Positions 29,946 to 39,055 of a stretch of 54,546 nt of DNA are shown here, in pieces; the first letter of the stretch is position 1; every line of letters begins with the position of its first letter. This DNA comes from Eubacteriales bacterium. GTDB taxonomy: Bacteria; Bacillota; Clostridia; Oscillospirales; CAG-272. The stretch is from the NCBI GenBank assembly GCA_045577415.1, contig JAZNII010000131.1, positions 1-54,546 of the forward strand, read 5' to 3'. The notes under the pieces are model-generated. The model was not told the origin of the DNA, ran no database searches, and saw nothing but the letters and a program-made list of their open reading frames with translations. The translations under genes and the position numbers were made by a program.

Positions 29946-31226
29946 ATGGCTCAAAAGGATCCTAAATATAAGAAAAAAGGCTTTTTTCTGCGTCGCGGTG
30001 CTGAAAAGCTGAATGACATATACGAAAAGGATCTTGAAAAGAACGATCCTATATATCTCCAACCGATACACGAACCCAAGGATGAGTCGCGTGATGAAAA
30101 GGCGCTTGTCCGAGGGGGAATAGACATTTATTTTCTCATAATCGTAATAGCTATCGCGCTTTTCGGAGCGGTGATGGCGTATAGCGCAAGCTCCTTCACA
30201 GGAGAGAAATATATGGGCGACAGTCTGTATTATTTGAAGCGTCACATAGGATTTCTTGCCTTGGGCGTGGCGTTTGTTACTCCTTTCGTGATCCTCGCGC
30301 GCCCGTGGCTGTGGCGAGTGTTCGGAATTGCGGCGTACATAGGCTCGGTCATTTTGCTTATAGCCGTTCTCGTGATAGGTGATACGGGCGGCGGAGCGCA
30401 AAGATGGATCGCTATCGGCCCTCTTACCATTCAGCCCTCCGAAATATCAAAAGTGGCGGTGGTGCTTGTTCTTGCGCTGATAATGTCAAAATATGAGAAA
30501 AAGATCGAAATGTCTCAACGCTTCGGCGGACATTTCAGATACGGAGTACTTTATCCCGTAGCCGTTATTGCCGTGATCTGCGGACTTGTTATGCTTGAAA
30601 AGCACTTGTCAGGTCTTATAATTATCGGTCTGCTCGGTCTTTTGATCATGTTTATCGGCGGAACGCAAAAAAAGTGGATGGCTATGATCTGCGGCGCGGG
30701 CGCTATCGTAGTATCGGTGGTGCTTCTGGTTTCGGATTACGCGCAGGAGCGAGTTATGACTTGGCTCTTTATAGAAAAAGCCGACCCTCAAGGCTCGGCA
30801 TGGCAAACGCTTCAAGGACTTAACGCCATCGGTTCGGGCGGACTTTTTGGAGTCGGTCTTGGAAACAGCCGACAGAAATTCGGTTACGTTTCCGAGCCGC
30901 AAAACGACTTTATCTTTTCCATAGTCTGCGAGGAGCTTGGATTTGTGGGAGCTGCGGTAGTAATAGTACTTTTTGCGCTTCTGCTTTGGAGAGGGTTCAG
31001 GATAGCGGGGAGATGTCCCGACAAGTTTTCCTCTCTCGTGGTCTACGGACTTACCGCGAAGATAGCCATTCAGACCATAATGAATATAGCGGTCGTAACC
31101 AACTCAATGCCAAACACGGGCATCTCGTTGCCGTTCTTCTCGTCGGGAGGAACAGCCCTTGTAATACAGATATTTGAAATGGGCATTATTTTGTCACTTT
31201 CAAGATATTCTTACGTAAAAAAATAA
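29946..31226 (+). CDS. ftsW: SEDS peptidoglycan polymerase FtsW/SpoVE
   Basis: GAQRWI, QPSE, GSGGLFGVG, NDFIFS.VCEELG, PFFSSGG. Confidence 0.92.
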   Translation: MAQKDPKYKKKGFFLRRGAEKLNDIYEKDLEKNDPIYLQPIHEPKDESRDEKALVRGGIDIYFLIIVIAIALFGAVMAYSASSFTGEKYMGDSLYYLKRHIGFLALGVAFVTPFVILARPWLWRVFGIAAYIGSVILLIAVLVIGDTGGGAQRWIAIGPLTIQPSEISKVAVVLVLALIMSKYEKKIEMSQRFGGHFRYGVLYPVAVIAVICGLVMLEKHLSGLIIIGLLGLLIMFIGGTQKKWMAMICGAGAIVVSVVLLVSDYAQERVMTWLFIEKADPQGSAWQTLQGLNAIGSGGLFGVGLGNSRQKFGYVSEPQNDFIFSIVCEELGFVGAAVVIVLFALLLWRGFRIAGRCPDKFSSLVVYGLTAKIAIQTIMNIAVVTNSMPNTGISLPFFSSGGTALVIQIFEMGIILSLSRYSYVKK

Positions 31227-31250
31227 CGTTTTAAAATTAAAAACTACGTT

Positions 31251-31273
31251 GCGGGTGCAGGGCAGAGTCCTGC
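31251..31273. repeat. short REP-like hairpin
   Basis: GGGTGCAGGGCAGAGTCCTGC, similar to 45403-45426. Confidence 0.45.
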
Positions 31274-31285
31274 GGAAAGGTTAAT

Positions 31286-32398
31286 ATGCGCGTACTTATG
31301 ACAGGTGGCGGAACGGCGGGTCACGTAAACCCCGCTATCGCTATTGCAAATACTATAAAGGAATATGACAAGGACTCTGAGATCGCGTTTGTTTGCTCGT
31401 GTCTTGCAAGAGACAAGGCGCAGGATCTTGTTCCGAGAGCGGGCTATGAAAAGCTATACCGTGTCAATATTCTTCATTCCTACAAGATATACAACCCCAA
31501 GAATGTTCTGACCTTGATCTCAATGATAAAGTCAAAGGGAGAGGCAAAGGCTATAATCAATGAATTCAAGCCCGACGTGATCATCGGCACGGGCGGATTT
31601 GCTTGCTATCCCGTGCTTAACGCGGGCGCGGAGATGGGAATTCCCACTATCGTTCACGAGTCCAACGCTATCCCGGGCAAGGCGGTCTTAAAGCTTGCTC
31701 CCAAGATCGATTGCGTTATGACTAATTTTGAGTCAACCGCGAAGTCGATCAAGAGAGCCAAAAAGATAATTAACGTGGGAAATCCCCAAGTAGTCGGTCA
31801 GAAAAAGAGAGAGGGCGGTGATGAGATCGCTCGCGGCTTTGATAAAAGCGTCCTGATCTTCGGCGGCTCTCTGGGCGCGGAGACCCTTAACCGAGCCGTT
31901 GCCGATATGCTTTTTGAGATTGCCGACAAATATCCCGATACCGAGTTTTATCACGCAGCGGGTAAGCGTGATTATGAGGAGTTGAAGTCTGTTTTTGATC
32001 AGAAGGGGCTTAGCGAAAAGAAGAATATAAAGCTTGTTGACTATATATACGATATGGATGTAAGAATGGCGAGAGCGGATCTCGTTATTTCCCGCGCGGG
32101 AGCTATGACGGTGTCCGAGCTTGCGCTTCTCTCGAAGGCGGCAGTGTTAGTTCCTTCGCCCTTCGTCGCTTTGAACCATCAGTATAAAAATGCCAAGGCT
32201 ATATACGATAAGGGCGGATGCGCTCTCGTTGAAGAAAGCGAGTTTGAGAGCGGCAGGCTTGCAGAGGTGGTTGAGGAGCTGTTGAACGACAAGGGCAAGA
32301 GAAATTCGCTTGAACAAAAGATCACATCTTTTGCCAAGCCCGACGCAAACCGTATTATTTACGATGAAATAAAAAAGGTTATGACAGAAAAGAAATAA
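31286..32398 (+). CDS. murG: lipid II GlcNAc transferase
   Basis: GGGTAGHVNP, HESN, GGSLGA, SRAGA, HQxxNA. Confidence 0.95.
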   Translation: MRVLMTGGGTAGHVNPAIAIANTIKEYDKDSEIAFVCSCLARDKAQDLVPRAGYEKLYRVNILHSYKIYNPKNVLTLISMIKSKGEAKAIINEFKPDVIIGTGGFACYPVLNAGAEMGIPTIVHESNAIPGKAVLKLAPKIDCVMTNFESTAKSIKRAKKIINVGNPQVVGQKKREGGDEIARGFDKSVLIFGGSLGAETLNRAVADMLFEIADKYPDTEFYHAAGKRDYEELKSVFDQKGLSEKKNIKLVDYIYDMDVRMARADLVISRAGAMTVSELALLSKAAVLVPSPFVALNHQYKNAKAIYDKGGCALVEESEFESGRLAEVVEELLNDKGKRNSLEQKITSFAKPDANRIIYDEIKKVMTEKK

Positions 32399-32433
32399 TC
32401 AAAAAAGCGTTGTCAGAAAAGAGGTGAGCCGAG

Positions 32434-33339
32434 ATGAAAAAGAATCAGAGCCGCGCGGCGCAGTTGGCGAGAGATATTCTCGTAGGACTTCGCGCGGGAC
32501 TTTTCATGCGATTTGGCGAGAAAAACGCCAAAAGAATAATCATCGGCGCTCCTATCGCATTGGCGGTGGTACTGCTTTTAGGCTTAGTCATTTTTCTGAC
32601 GCCCGTTAGACAGATCGAGGTCTCGGGCGACGTGGATATGTTCAACGAGGGTGATATCGTTGAGGCGGCAGATGTCGGTGAGGGCGATCTGATGCTTTTG
32701 CACCCCTCCTTCGCTATAAAAAGATCGATAAGGGACAAGCTTCCACTGGTAGGAGAGATCAAGATAGTCAAAACTCTATTCGGCAAGCTTAAAATAGACG
32801 TTAAGGTGAAAAAGCTTGATTTTTACACCAAGATAGGCGAAAAATACTATGCCATTGACGAAAATCTCCGCGTGTTAGATATAAGCACAAAGCGATCTAA
32901 ATATTCGGCATACGGCGCGGCGTACGTTATCCTGCCCGAGGTAAGAGAGCCTGAGCTTGGCAAGTGTCTGGTGTTTTATGACACGGTGGAGGAGACCGAT
33001 GCCGAGGGAGAGCCTCTTTATGAGGTCAAGGAGCCGAGATTTTATGACTATGCCACAGATTTTCTTAAGCATCTTAAGGAGAGTGAAAGCGGATTTTTGG
33101 ATCAGACCGACGGGATCGTCCTTGACGAAAAATTCGACATAACGCTTATCTACGACCTGAAATATCAAGTAAAATTCGGAAGCGCCACCAATCTTGACGC
33201 AAAGCTTAGCGTACTGTTTGCAATACTCAACGAGGGAACTGCCGTAAAAATGGAGAAAGCGGTCATTGATCTTACAACACCCTCAAAGGCGACGGCGCGA
33301 GAGGATGGCGACCTCGATTTTTCGGAGTTTCACGATTGA
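32434..33339 (+). CDS. cell division protein FtsQ/DivIB-like
   Basis: TM then POTRA-like IEVSG, C-terminal V.FG..LDAKL..IDLT; position after murG. Confidence 0.72.
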   Translation: MKKNQSRAAQLARDILVGLRAGLFMRFGEKNAKRIIIGAPIALAVVLLLGLVIFLTPVRQIEVSGDVDMFNEGDIVEAADVGEGDLMLLHPSFAIKRSIRDKLPLVGEIKIVKTLFGKLKIDVKVKKLDFYTKIGEKYYAIDENLRVLDISTKRSKYSAYGAAYVILPEVREPELGKCLVFYDTVEETDAEGEPLYEVKEPRFYDYATDFLKHLKESESGFLDQTDGIVLDEKFDITLIYDLKYQVKFGSATNLDAKLSVLFAILNEGTAVKMEKAVIDLTTPSKATAREDGDLDFSEFHD

Positions 33340-33391
33340 TCCAATATTTAAAAACCGAATAATTTGAAAAAAATCCCTACCGAGTATATCT

Positions 33392-33420
33392 GTATCTTGC
33401 AGATAGCGGTAGGGAATAAT
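33392..33420 (+). promoter_or_regulatory. putative sigma-F promoter for sigG
   Basis: GTATC-15bp-GGGAATAAT fits GYATA..GGnnAnAnT. Confidence 0.4.
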
Positions 33421-33500
33421 TTTGTTATCGGAGAAAATCTCCTTCGATGCGAAATTATGAAAGGAAGTGACCGAGATTCTGTTTTCGGTCGCCCATAAAA

Positions 33501-34277
33501 ATGTATTATAATAAGGTTGAAATATGCGGAGTCAATACGTCCGAGCTGTGTGTGCTTGGCGAGGGCGAAAAAAAAGAACTGCTTTTACGCGCGAGAACGG
33601 GAGATGAAAAGGCGCGGGAGGAGCTGATAAACGGCAATCTGCGTCTTGTTTTGTCGGTCATACGCCGTTTTGCGGGCAAAAGAGAAAATGCAGACGATCT
33701 GTTTCAAGTCGGTTGCTTGGGACTCATCAAGGCGGTAGACCGTTTTAATGTGGAAATGGACGTGAAATTCTCCACTTACGCGGTGCCGATGATACTTGGA
33801 GAGCTTAGGCGGTATCTTCGGGATAGCGGAAGTGTCAGGGTCAGTCGCTCGATGCGAGATCTTGCTTATAGGGCGCTTCAGGCGAGAGAGGAGCTTCAGG
33901 GTGAGAAGGAGAGCGAGCCGACCTCTGACGAGATAGCAAGCAAGCTTGGTGTTGGGAGGGAAGCGGTAACGAGAGCTATGGAGGCTATTGCGATCCCTAT
34001 GTCAATATACGAGCCTGTTTACAGTGAGGGCGGGGATTCGCTCTACGTTATAGATCAGCTCAGCGACACAGGGTCGGGAGACGAGCGCTGGCTTGAGCAT
34101 ATTGCTCTGACGCAGGCTTTAAATCAGTTGACCGAGAGAGAAAAGACTATAATAGGTATGAGATATTACGGAAACAGGACCCAGACCGAGATAGCAAGCG
34201 AGATCGGCATTTCACAAGCTCAGGTGTCAAGGCTTGAAAAAGGCGCGCTTGAAAAAATGAGACGGCAGATGGTGTAA
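33501..34277 (+). CDS. sigG: forespore sigma factor G
   Basis: NKVEICGVNTSEL N-terminus, GNLRLVLS, DDLFQVG, RVSRSMRD, ISQAQVSRLEK. Confidence 0.93.
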   Translation: MYYNKVEICGVNTSELCVLGEGEKKELLLRARTGDEKAREELINGNLRLVLSVIRRFAGKRENADDLFQVGCLGLIKAVDRFNVEMDVKFSTYAVPMILGELRRYLRDSGSVRVSRSMRDLAYRALQAREELQGEKESEPTSDEIASKLGVGREAVTRAMEAIAIPMSIYEPVYSEGGDSLYVIDQLSDTGSGDERWLEHIALTQALNQLTEREKTIIGMRYYGNRTQTEIASEIGISQAQVSRLEKGALEKMRRQMV

Positions 34278-34285
34278 GTTTATTA

Positions 34286-34760
34286 ACTTTTCTTGTCACC
34301 AGCGACAAGAAAAGTTATAAAAGAAACGCCGCTTAAGAGGAGAGGGTCTTGTACGAGAAAAAGCGAACATGCCGCATTTTCTCGCCCTGCGACATCCTCT
34401 CCCCTTAAGAAACCTCTCTCCTGTCGGCTTTGCCGACAAAAAGAGATTGTTAATTATATAAAGAGAAAACCCTCTTATAATTACGAACTGTAGCCGTGAT
34501 CTTATTAAAGCTTACAGCTTTGTCGCGAAGCGACCTTTCCCAAAGGGAAAGCCTTGTTGAACTTAAAACTAAAATATGGCTATAATCTTTACTCTACCTT
34601 ATCAACCCATTGGGTTGGGGGACACGGGGGAGGGGCTGTTCAAAAAATCCGCCTTTGATTTGATTTTTAATGTCGTCTTTTGCGGATTTTTAGAACCCGC
34701 CCCTATCCTCCGTGCGGCTTTTCTTTTCGTACTTTTCTTGCAGCTGGTGGCAAGAAAAGT
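34286..34760. repeat. ~475-bp intergenic element bounded by ~60-bp imperfect inverted repeats
   Basis: 34286-34346 ACTTTTCTTGTCACCAGCGACAAGAAAAGT..AAAAGAAA.GCCGC..GAGGA.AGGG resembles the reverse complement of 34700-34760. Confidence 0.65.
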
Positions 34761-34801
34761 ACATATAAGAAATCGCTAAACTCCAATTTATATAGATAAC
34801 A

Positions 34802-34833
34802 AAAAGACCTTTTGCAATCGCAAAAGGTCTTTT
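34802..34833 (-). terminator. terminator of ftsZ
   Basis: AAAAGACCTTTTGC-aatc-GCAAAAGGTCTTTT. Confidence 0.75.
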
Positions 34834-34849
34834 GAAATTAAAATGTATA

Positions 34850-35872
34850 TTACTTGTTCTTGATGTTGCCGCCGATGAGCGTATTCCAAACGCTATCATC
34901 CTTATCCTCGTCCTTCTTATCGAAGCCGGTAGCGATAATGGTGATCTGCATCTCGTCCTCAAGATCCTCGTCGAAGCCAACACCCCAGATGATGTTCGCG
35001 TCGGGATGAGCCTCGTTCTGGATAAGGGTAGCCGCAAGCTCTGCGTCCTCGAGTCCAACGTCGGGAGATACAACGAATCTGATAAGGATGCCGTGAGATC
35101 CCTTGATGGAGGATTCGAGAAGGGGAGAGGAAATAGCCATCTTTGCGGCGACCTCTGCCTTGTCCTTGCCCGTAGCGGAGCCTGTGCCCATGTGAGCGTA
35201 GCCTGCGTCTCTCATAATAGTGGAAACGTCTGCAAAGTCAAGACCGATGAATGCTTCACCGTTTACAAGGTCAGAAATGCTCTTGACACCTGTGTAAAGC
35301 ACGCTGTCAGCAACCTCAAACGCGTTCTTGAGGGTGATTCTCTGGTCGCTTGCTTCCTTGAGCTTGTCGTTGGGGATGATGATGAGCGCGTCAACGAACT
35401 TGGAAAGCTCGGTGATACCCTCCTCGGCATTCTTTGCTCTTACCTTACCCTCAAAGGAGAAGGGTCTGGTAACGATACCGATGGTGAGGATGCCCATTTC
35501 CTTTGCGATTCTTGCAACCACGGGAGCAGCTCCTGTACCTGTGCCGCCGCCCATACCTGCGGTAACGAATACCATGTCGGTGTCGCCAAGAAACGCCTTA
35601 ATCTCGTCAAGAGATTCTTCAGCTGCGCGCTTACCGATCTCGGGGCGAGCGCCTGCGCCTCTGCCGCCTGTGAGCTTTTCGCCGATTACAAGCTGAGAGG
35701 GAGCGTTGGAACGGCTAAGCGCCATACGGTCTGTGTTGACAGTGATGAATTCTACGCCGCGAAGATTGGAGTAGATCATTCTGTTTACTGCGTTGTTTCC
35801 GCCGCCGCCTACACCTACTACCTTAATGTTGGCACCGACTTCCATTGTCTCGTCATGTTCAAAAATACCCAT
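34850..35872 (-). CDS. ftsZ: cell division GTPase FtsZ
   Basis: [36 protein letters not shown]; ATG 35872 after GGAGG. Confidence 0.95.
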   Translation of the reverse strand: MGIFEHDETMEVGANIKVVGVGGGGNNAVNRMIYSNLRGVEFITVNTDRMALSRSNAPSQLVIGEKLTGGRGAGARPEIGKRAAEESLDEIKAFLGDTDMVFVTAGMGGGTGTGAAPVVARIAKEMGILTIGIVTRPFSFEGKVRAKNAEEGITELSKFVDALIIIPNDKLKEASDQRITLKNAFEVADSVLYTGVKSISDLVNGEAFIGLDFADVSTIMRDAGYAHMGTGSATGKDKAEVAAKMAISSPLLESSIKGSHGILIRFVVSPDVGLEDAELAATLIQNEAHPDANIIWGVGFDEDLEDEMQITIIATGFDKKDEDKDDSVWNTLIGGNIKNK

Positions 35873-35974
35873 TGTGTAAATCCTCCGATTTATATATTCC
35901 AAAATTTTATTTATATCATTGTTGCGCTAATTCGATTAACGCAATTAATATACGAAATGAATTTTTAGTAATGA

Positions 35975-36724
35975 TCAAAAGTTGTAAAAATCCTTGTGGA
36001 AGGAGTCTCCGAAGATCTTTGAACTCAAAGATGTTCTTGGAGAGCCTACTTTATACATCATAGTAGGAGCGTATCCCACCTCGCCGACTATGATATGCTC
36101 GATCAACGGAATGTCAACCGCGGCAAGAGACGCTTCGATAATGTGAGTCAAGTTCCGGTCAGAGCTTGAAAGGGATGCCGCGCCAAAGGGATGATTGTGA
36201 GCGATTATGACAGCGGATGCGCCTTTAAGTATCGCTTCTCTTGCAACTCGCGAGGGAGTTACCGCGGCTTCGCCTACCGTACCCTCGGAAATAACAGACA
36301 TCTCAATAAGTCGCATGGATGCGTCAAAATACAGGGCGCAAAATCTTTCTTGAGTCATTCCTTGGTAATAACCTGTAAGCATTTGACCTATTTCTGATAC
36401 ATTGTTGTACTTTTTTCTTTTTGAAACGGTCTTTTTGCGGGAACGGAGCATCAATGCGCCTACTAATGAGATCAAAAGCGCCGATCCTGTGCCAACTCCC
36501 TCCACCGAGGTGAGCATATCAATGTCTGCGTAAAACACAGCCTCAAGAGAGCCGAATTTATCTAAAAGACGGTGTGCGGTATCGTTGGTGTTTACGCGCG
36601 GAACAGAGAAGAAGAGAAGCATTTCGATAAGCTCGTGATCCGAAAAAACGTCAGCGCCGTATTTTAAAAACTTTTCTTTCATGCGGGAACGGTGACCGTC
36701 GTGCATGGGTTTGCTATTGGACAT
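35975..36724 (-). CDS. radC: RadC/JAB-domain protein
   Basis: HDGHRxRM, ELIEMLL, HhH GVG, QERF, HNHP...S..D. Confidence 0.88.
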   Translation of the reverse strand: MSNSKPMHDGHRSRMKEKFLKYGADVFSDHELIEMLLFFSVPRVNTNDTAHRLLDKFGSLEAVFYADIDMLTSVEGVGTGSALLISLVGALMLRSRKKTVSKRKKYNNVSEIGQMLTGYYQGMTQERFCALYFDASMRLIEMSVISEGTVGEAAVTPSRVAREAILKGASAVIIAHNHPFGAASLSSSDRNLTHIIEASLAAVDIPLIEHIIVGEVGYAPTMMYKVGSPRTSLSSKIFGDSFHKDFYNF

Positions 36725-37089
36725 AAGTGGGATCCTTAATATGAATAAAATAAAAAGATGTGATAATAATATTTAACGATTTTCACAATTCGCTCAAAGC
36801 CGAAGAAAAATAAACGGTTTTATGGTTCTGAAAATACATTAATTGTTTATAAATATTCAAGAATTTTTAGAAAACAACAAAAAACAGTGTATTTTGTGAA
36901 ATGTTCGCGAAAAATAATAGCGTTTTTTATATTAAGTTTTTGGAAAAGTATTGGTATTATACGGTCAATACTCAAAATGATCGATTTTGCGGTAAAAAAC
37001 AAGGCGATTTGGCTTAAATATACCCAAATTCATTCGTTGTATAAATGTGCTATAATAGAGAGGACACAACAAAATTGAGAGGGAAGACC

Positions 37090-37296
37090 ATGTTGACCAA
37101 AAGCTCAAGCGCAAAAATCAAGATCTCTAAAAATAAGATGTATTCGGTAGAAGTGTCCGATAAAAACGGAAAAACGACCGTTTACAAGGAGCTATCGAGT
37201 GACGAAAAAGCTATACGCCGGTTCGTAGATGCAATAAACCGAGGAGACGTGTCTCTGATACATATTGACGAGCTGATCGAGGATATTCTCGGTTGA
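37090..37296 (+). CDS. small hypothetical protein (DUF6514-like)
   Basis: ELSSDEKAIRRFVDAINRGDVSLIHIDELIED pattern; GAGGG RBS. Confidence 0.55.
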   Translation: MLTKSSSAKIKISKNKMYSVEVSDKNGKTTVYKELSSDEKAIRRFVDAINRGDVSLIHIDELIEDILG

Positions 37297-37305
37297 GAAT
37301 GAAGA

Positions 37306-37926
37306 TCACTTGATGTCGGATTTGAAAGCCACTGCTTTTCCGATAATGTGTATCTTCTCAAGGTCCTCGCCTACGAAAACCAGGGGCTCATAGCTGTTGT
37401 TTTCGGGAATAAGCATAAGTTTTTCGCTTTCGGGGTAGTAATATACTCTTTTAAGCGTTGCCTCGTCGTTGATCACCACTGCCGCGATCTCGCCATTTGA
37501 CACAACGTCGGTCTTTTTGATAAATACCGTATCGCCGTTACAAATTCTGGCATCCTTCATGCTGTCTCCTTTCGCGATAAGACAAAAGTCTGCGTCGGTG
37601 TCAATATCGGTTATGACAAGACCGTCGTCTTCTTCATTAACAAATACCGGAGCGCCGCAGGCGATCTCGCCCACAACGGGGAGAGCCTTGAACTTGGTGT
37701 CTCCGGTTCTTTCCGTTTGAATAGAATCGGAGGTGCCGAGCAGATAACCCTCATTGATCTCAAGCGCCTGAGCGATCAGACAGATTGCATCAGCCTTAGG
37801 GATGTAAACGCCGCTGAGGTACTGACTAAGGCGCGGCTTGGATATGCCGGTGCGCCTTGAGAGCTCAGCAGCTCTCATATTCTTTTCGGCCATGACTTCC
37901 GCCAGGCGAGATCTGAAATCTGTCAT
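37306..37926 (-). CDS. phage CI/LexA-like repressor (XRE HTH + S24 autopeptidase)
   Basis: AELSRRTGISKPRLSQYLSG HTH; VGEIACGAP cleavage-site region; GDSM Ser and TLKR Lys; ATG 37926 after GAGGT. Confidence 0.9.
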   Translation of the reverse strand: MTDFRSRLAEVMAEKNMRAAELSRRTGISKPRLSQYLSGVYIPKADAICLIAQALEINEGYLLGTSDSIQTERTGDTKFKALPVVGEIACGAPVFVNEEDDGLVITDIDTDADFCLIAKGDSMKDARICNGDTVFIKKTDVVSNGEIAAVVINDEATLKRVYYYPESEKLMLIPENNSYEPLVFVGEDLEKIHIIGKAVAFKSDIK

Positions 37927-38003
37927 AAATACCTCACACGTAATGTTCAAGATCATTCTTGAAATTCAAAATACTCAAAATCTAATATTTTTTGATATAC
38001 CAT

Positions 38004-38032
38004 ATTATAACAGAAAGTTAAGCAAATGTCAA
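38004..38032 (-). promoter_or_regulatory. sigma-A promoter of the repressor
   Basis: Minus strand TTGACA-17bp-TATAAT. Confidence 0.8.
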
Positions 38033-38334
38033 CACTTTTTTTGAAAAAAGTTAAATAAATTTAATGAAAATTTTTATCCAAAACAATCAAATGCGACACA
38101 AAAACAACTTGTAGTTTAAAAGTCAACAATATTGTTACAAGAATGACAAAGAAAATTGTTTTCTGACAAAATAATATTAAGCTTGCTGAACTGAATTTTA
38201 TGAAAACGTGAGAGTTCAAAATAATTTTTGTAAAATTGAAAATTTACTTTGATGGGGTTTATACAGAAAAATGCTTTGTGACAAAAGGGAATGAGCCTAT
38301 TTTTTATACGCAGGAAAATTTTTCCGATCGGGGG

Positions 38335-38363
38335 TTGACAAAATAGAACGGATGTGCTATAAT
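38335..38363 (+). promoter_or_regulatory. consensus sigma-A promoter of head module with overlapping SOS-box-like site
   Basis: TTGACA-17bp-TATAAT with TGn; GAAC-GGAT-GTGC at 38346-38357 (1 mismatch to GAAC-RNRY-GTTC). Confidence 0.8.
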
Positions 38364-38366
38364 AGC

Positions 38367-38684
38367 GACAGTTAAGGTTGCGACGCAGTTGTAAGCGGCA
38401 GAAAACACGATATAAATTTTCCGTTGCTTATCAGGCGCCTGCGGCTCTTGCCCGAAACACGTGACACGTGAAAGTATTTAACCAAAGAGCTATATTTCAT
38501 TTGCGAGTTTTGGCACCGTCTCATTTTCGGCGGCCTCGCAGGTGAGATTGCAAGTGTTAAGCGCTTAAATGTATACATTTTACTTGCTATGCGTCTTTGT
38601 CAGTATGCTTATCAAGCTGTTCGATCGTGAAGCCGTTCCGTCCACCCCAAGCGGATTCGGATGACCTTCGTCGGTTTGACTGTC
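38367..38684 (+). ncRNA. putative large structured leader/ncRNA
   Basis: Closing stem GACAGTTAA/TTGACTGTC, nested GACGCA/TGCGTC, several internal stems including a 13-bp one with G-U pairs; no convincing + strand ORF. Confidence 0.6.
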
Positions 38685-38836
38685 TGTGATTTCTCTAAAA
38701 ATAATTCGTTTGCGGTCTTTTCTAGTTTTAACCGTTAAGGTTTTATTTTTTTTAGGCAAAGAGTTAAGCAAGCTTAACAATAATATATATGCTCACCATG
38801 TTTGCCTGATATTTGGAGAGCGGAAAGGCTAAAACT

Positions 38837-39055
38837 TTGGCAATACAAGGAACCTGCCCTTATTTGCAGTCTATGAAGGACAAGAAAGCGATAAGTTGCG
38901 AATGCGCTCATTTTAAATTTCCCGACAAAATATCGCGTCGTGAAATAATTTACGCTTATTGCGCTCATCCGACATCCTACAACGACTGCGCTTTTAAAAG
39001 GGTATTAGACAGATATTACTATGAAAGGAAGTTCTCCTGTGAAGATAATCAATAA
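38837..39055 (+). CDS. small Cys-rich phage-type protein
   Basis: TTG start after GGAAAGG; CPY..SCEC..YC..Y.DC. Confidence 0.6.
   Translation: MAIQGTCPYLQSMKDKKAISCECAHFKFPDKISRREIIYAYCAHPTSYNDCAFKRVLDRYYYERKFSCEDNQ

Noticed and set aside
38629-38677. Group II intron domain V-like AGCCG...CGGTT stem
   Set aside because: Interior does not fit the ~34-nt D5 hairpin with GNRA loop; no RT or intron ends seen; left to a covariance search
38367-38684. tmRNA, RNase P, SRP or 6S RNA
   Set aside because: Lacks their hallmark motifs (tRNA-like ends, GAGGAAAGUCC, SRP domain IV loop) on either strand
38372-38968. Three short minus-strand ORFs over the leader
   Set aside because: No clear RBS or motifs; antisense to a strong promoter
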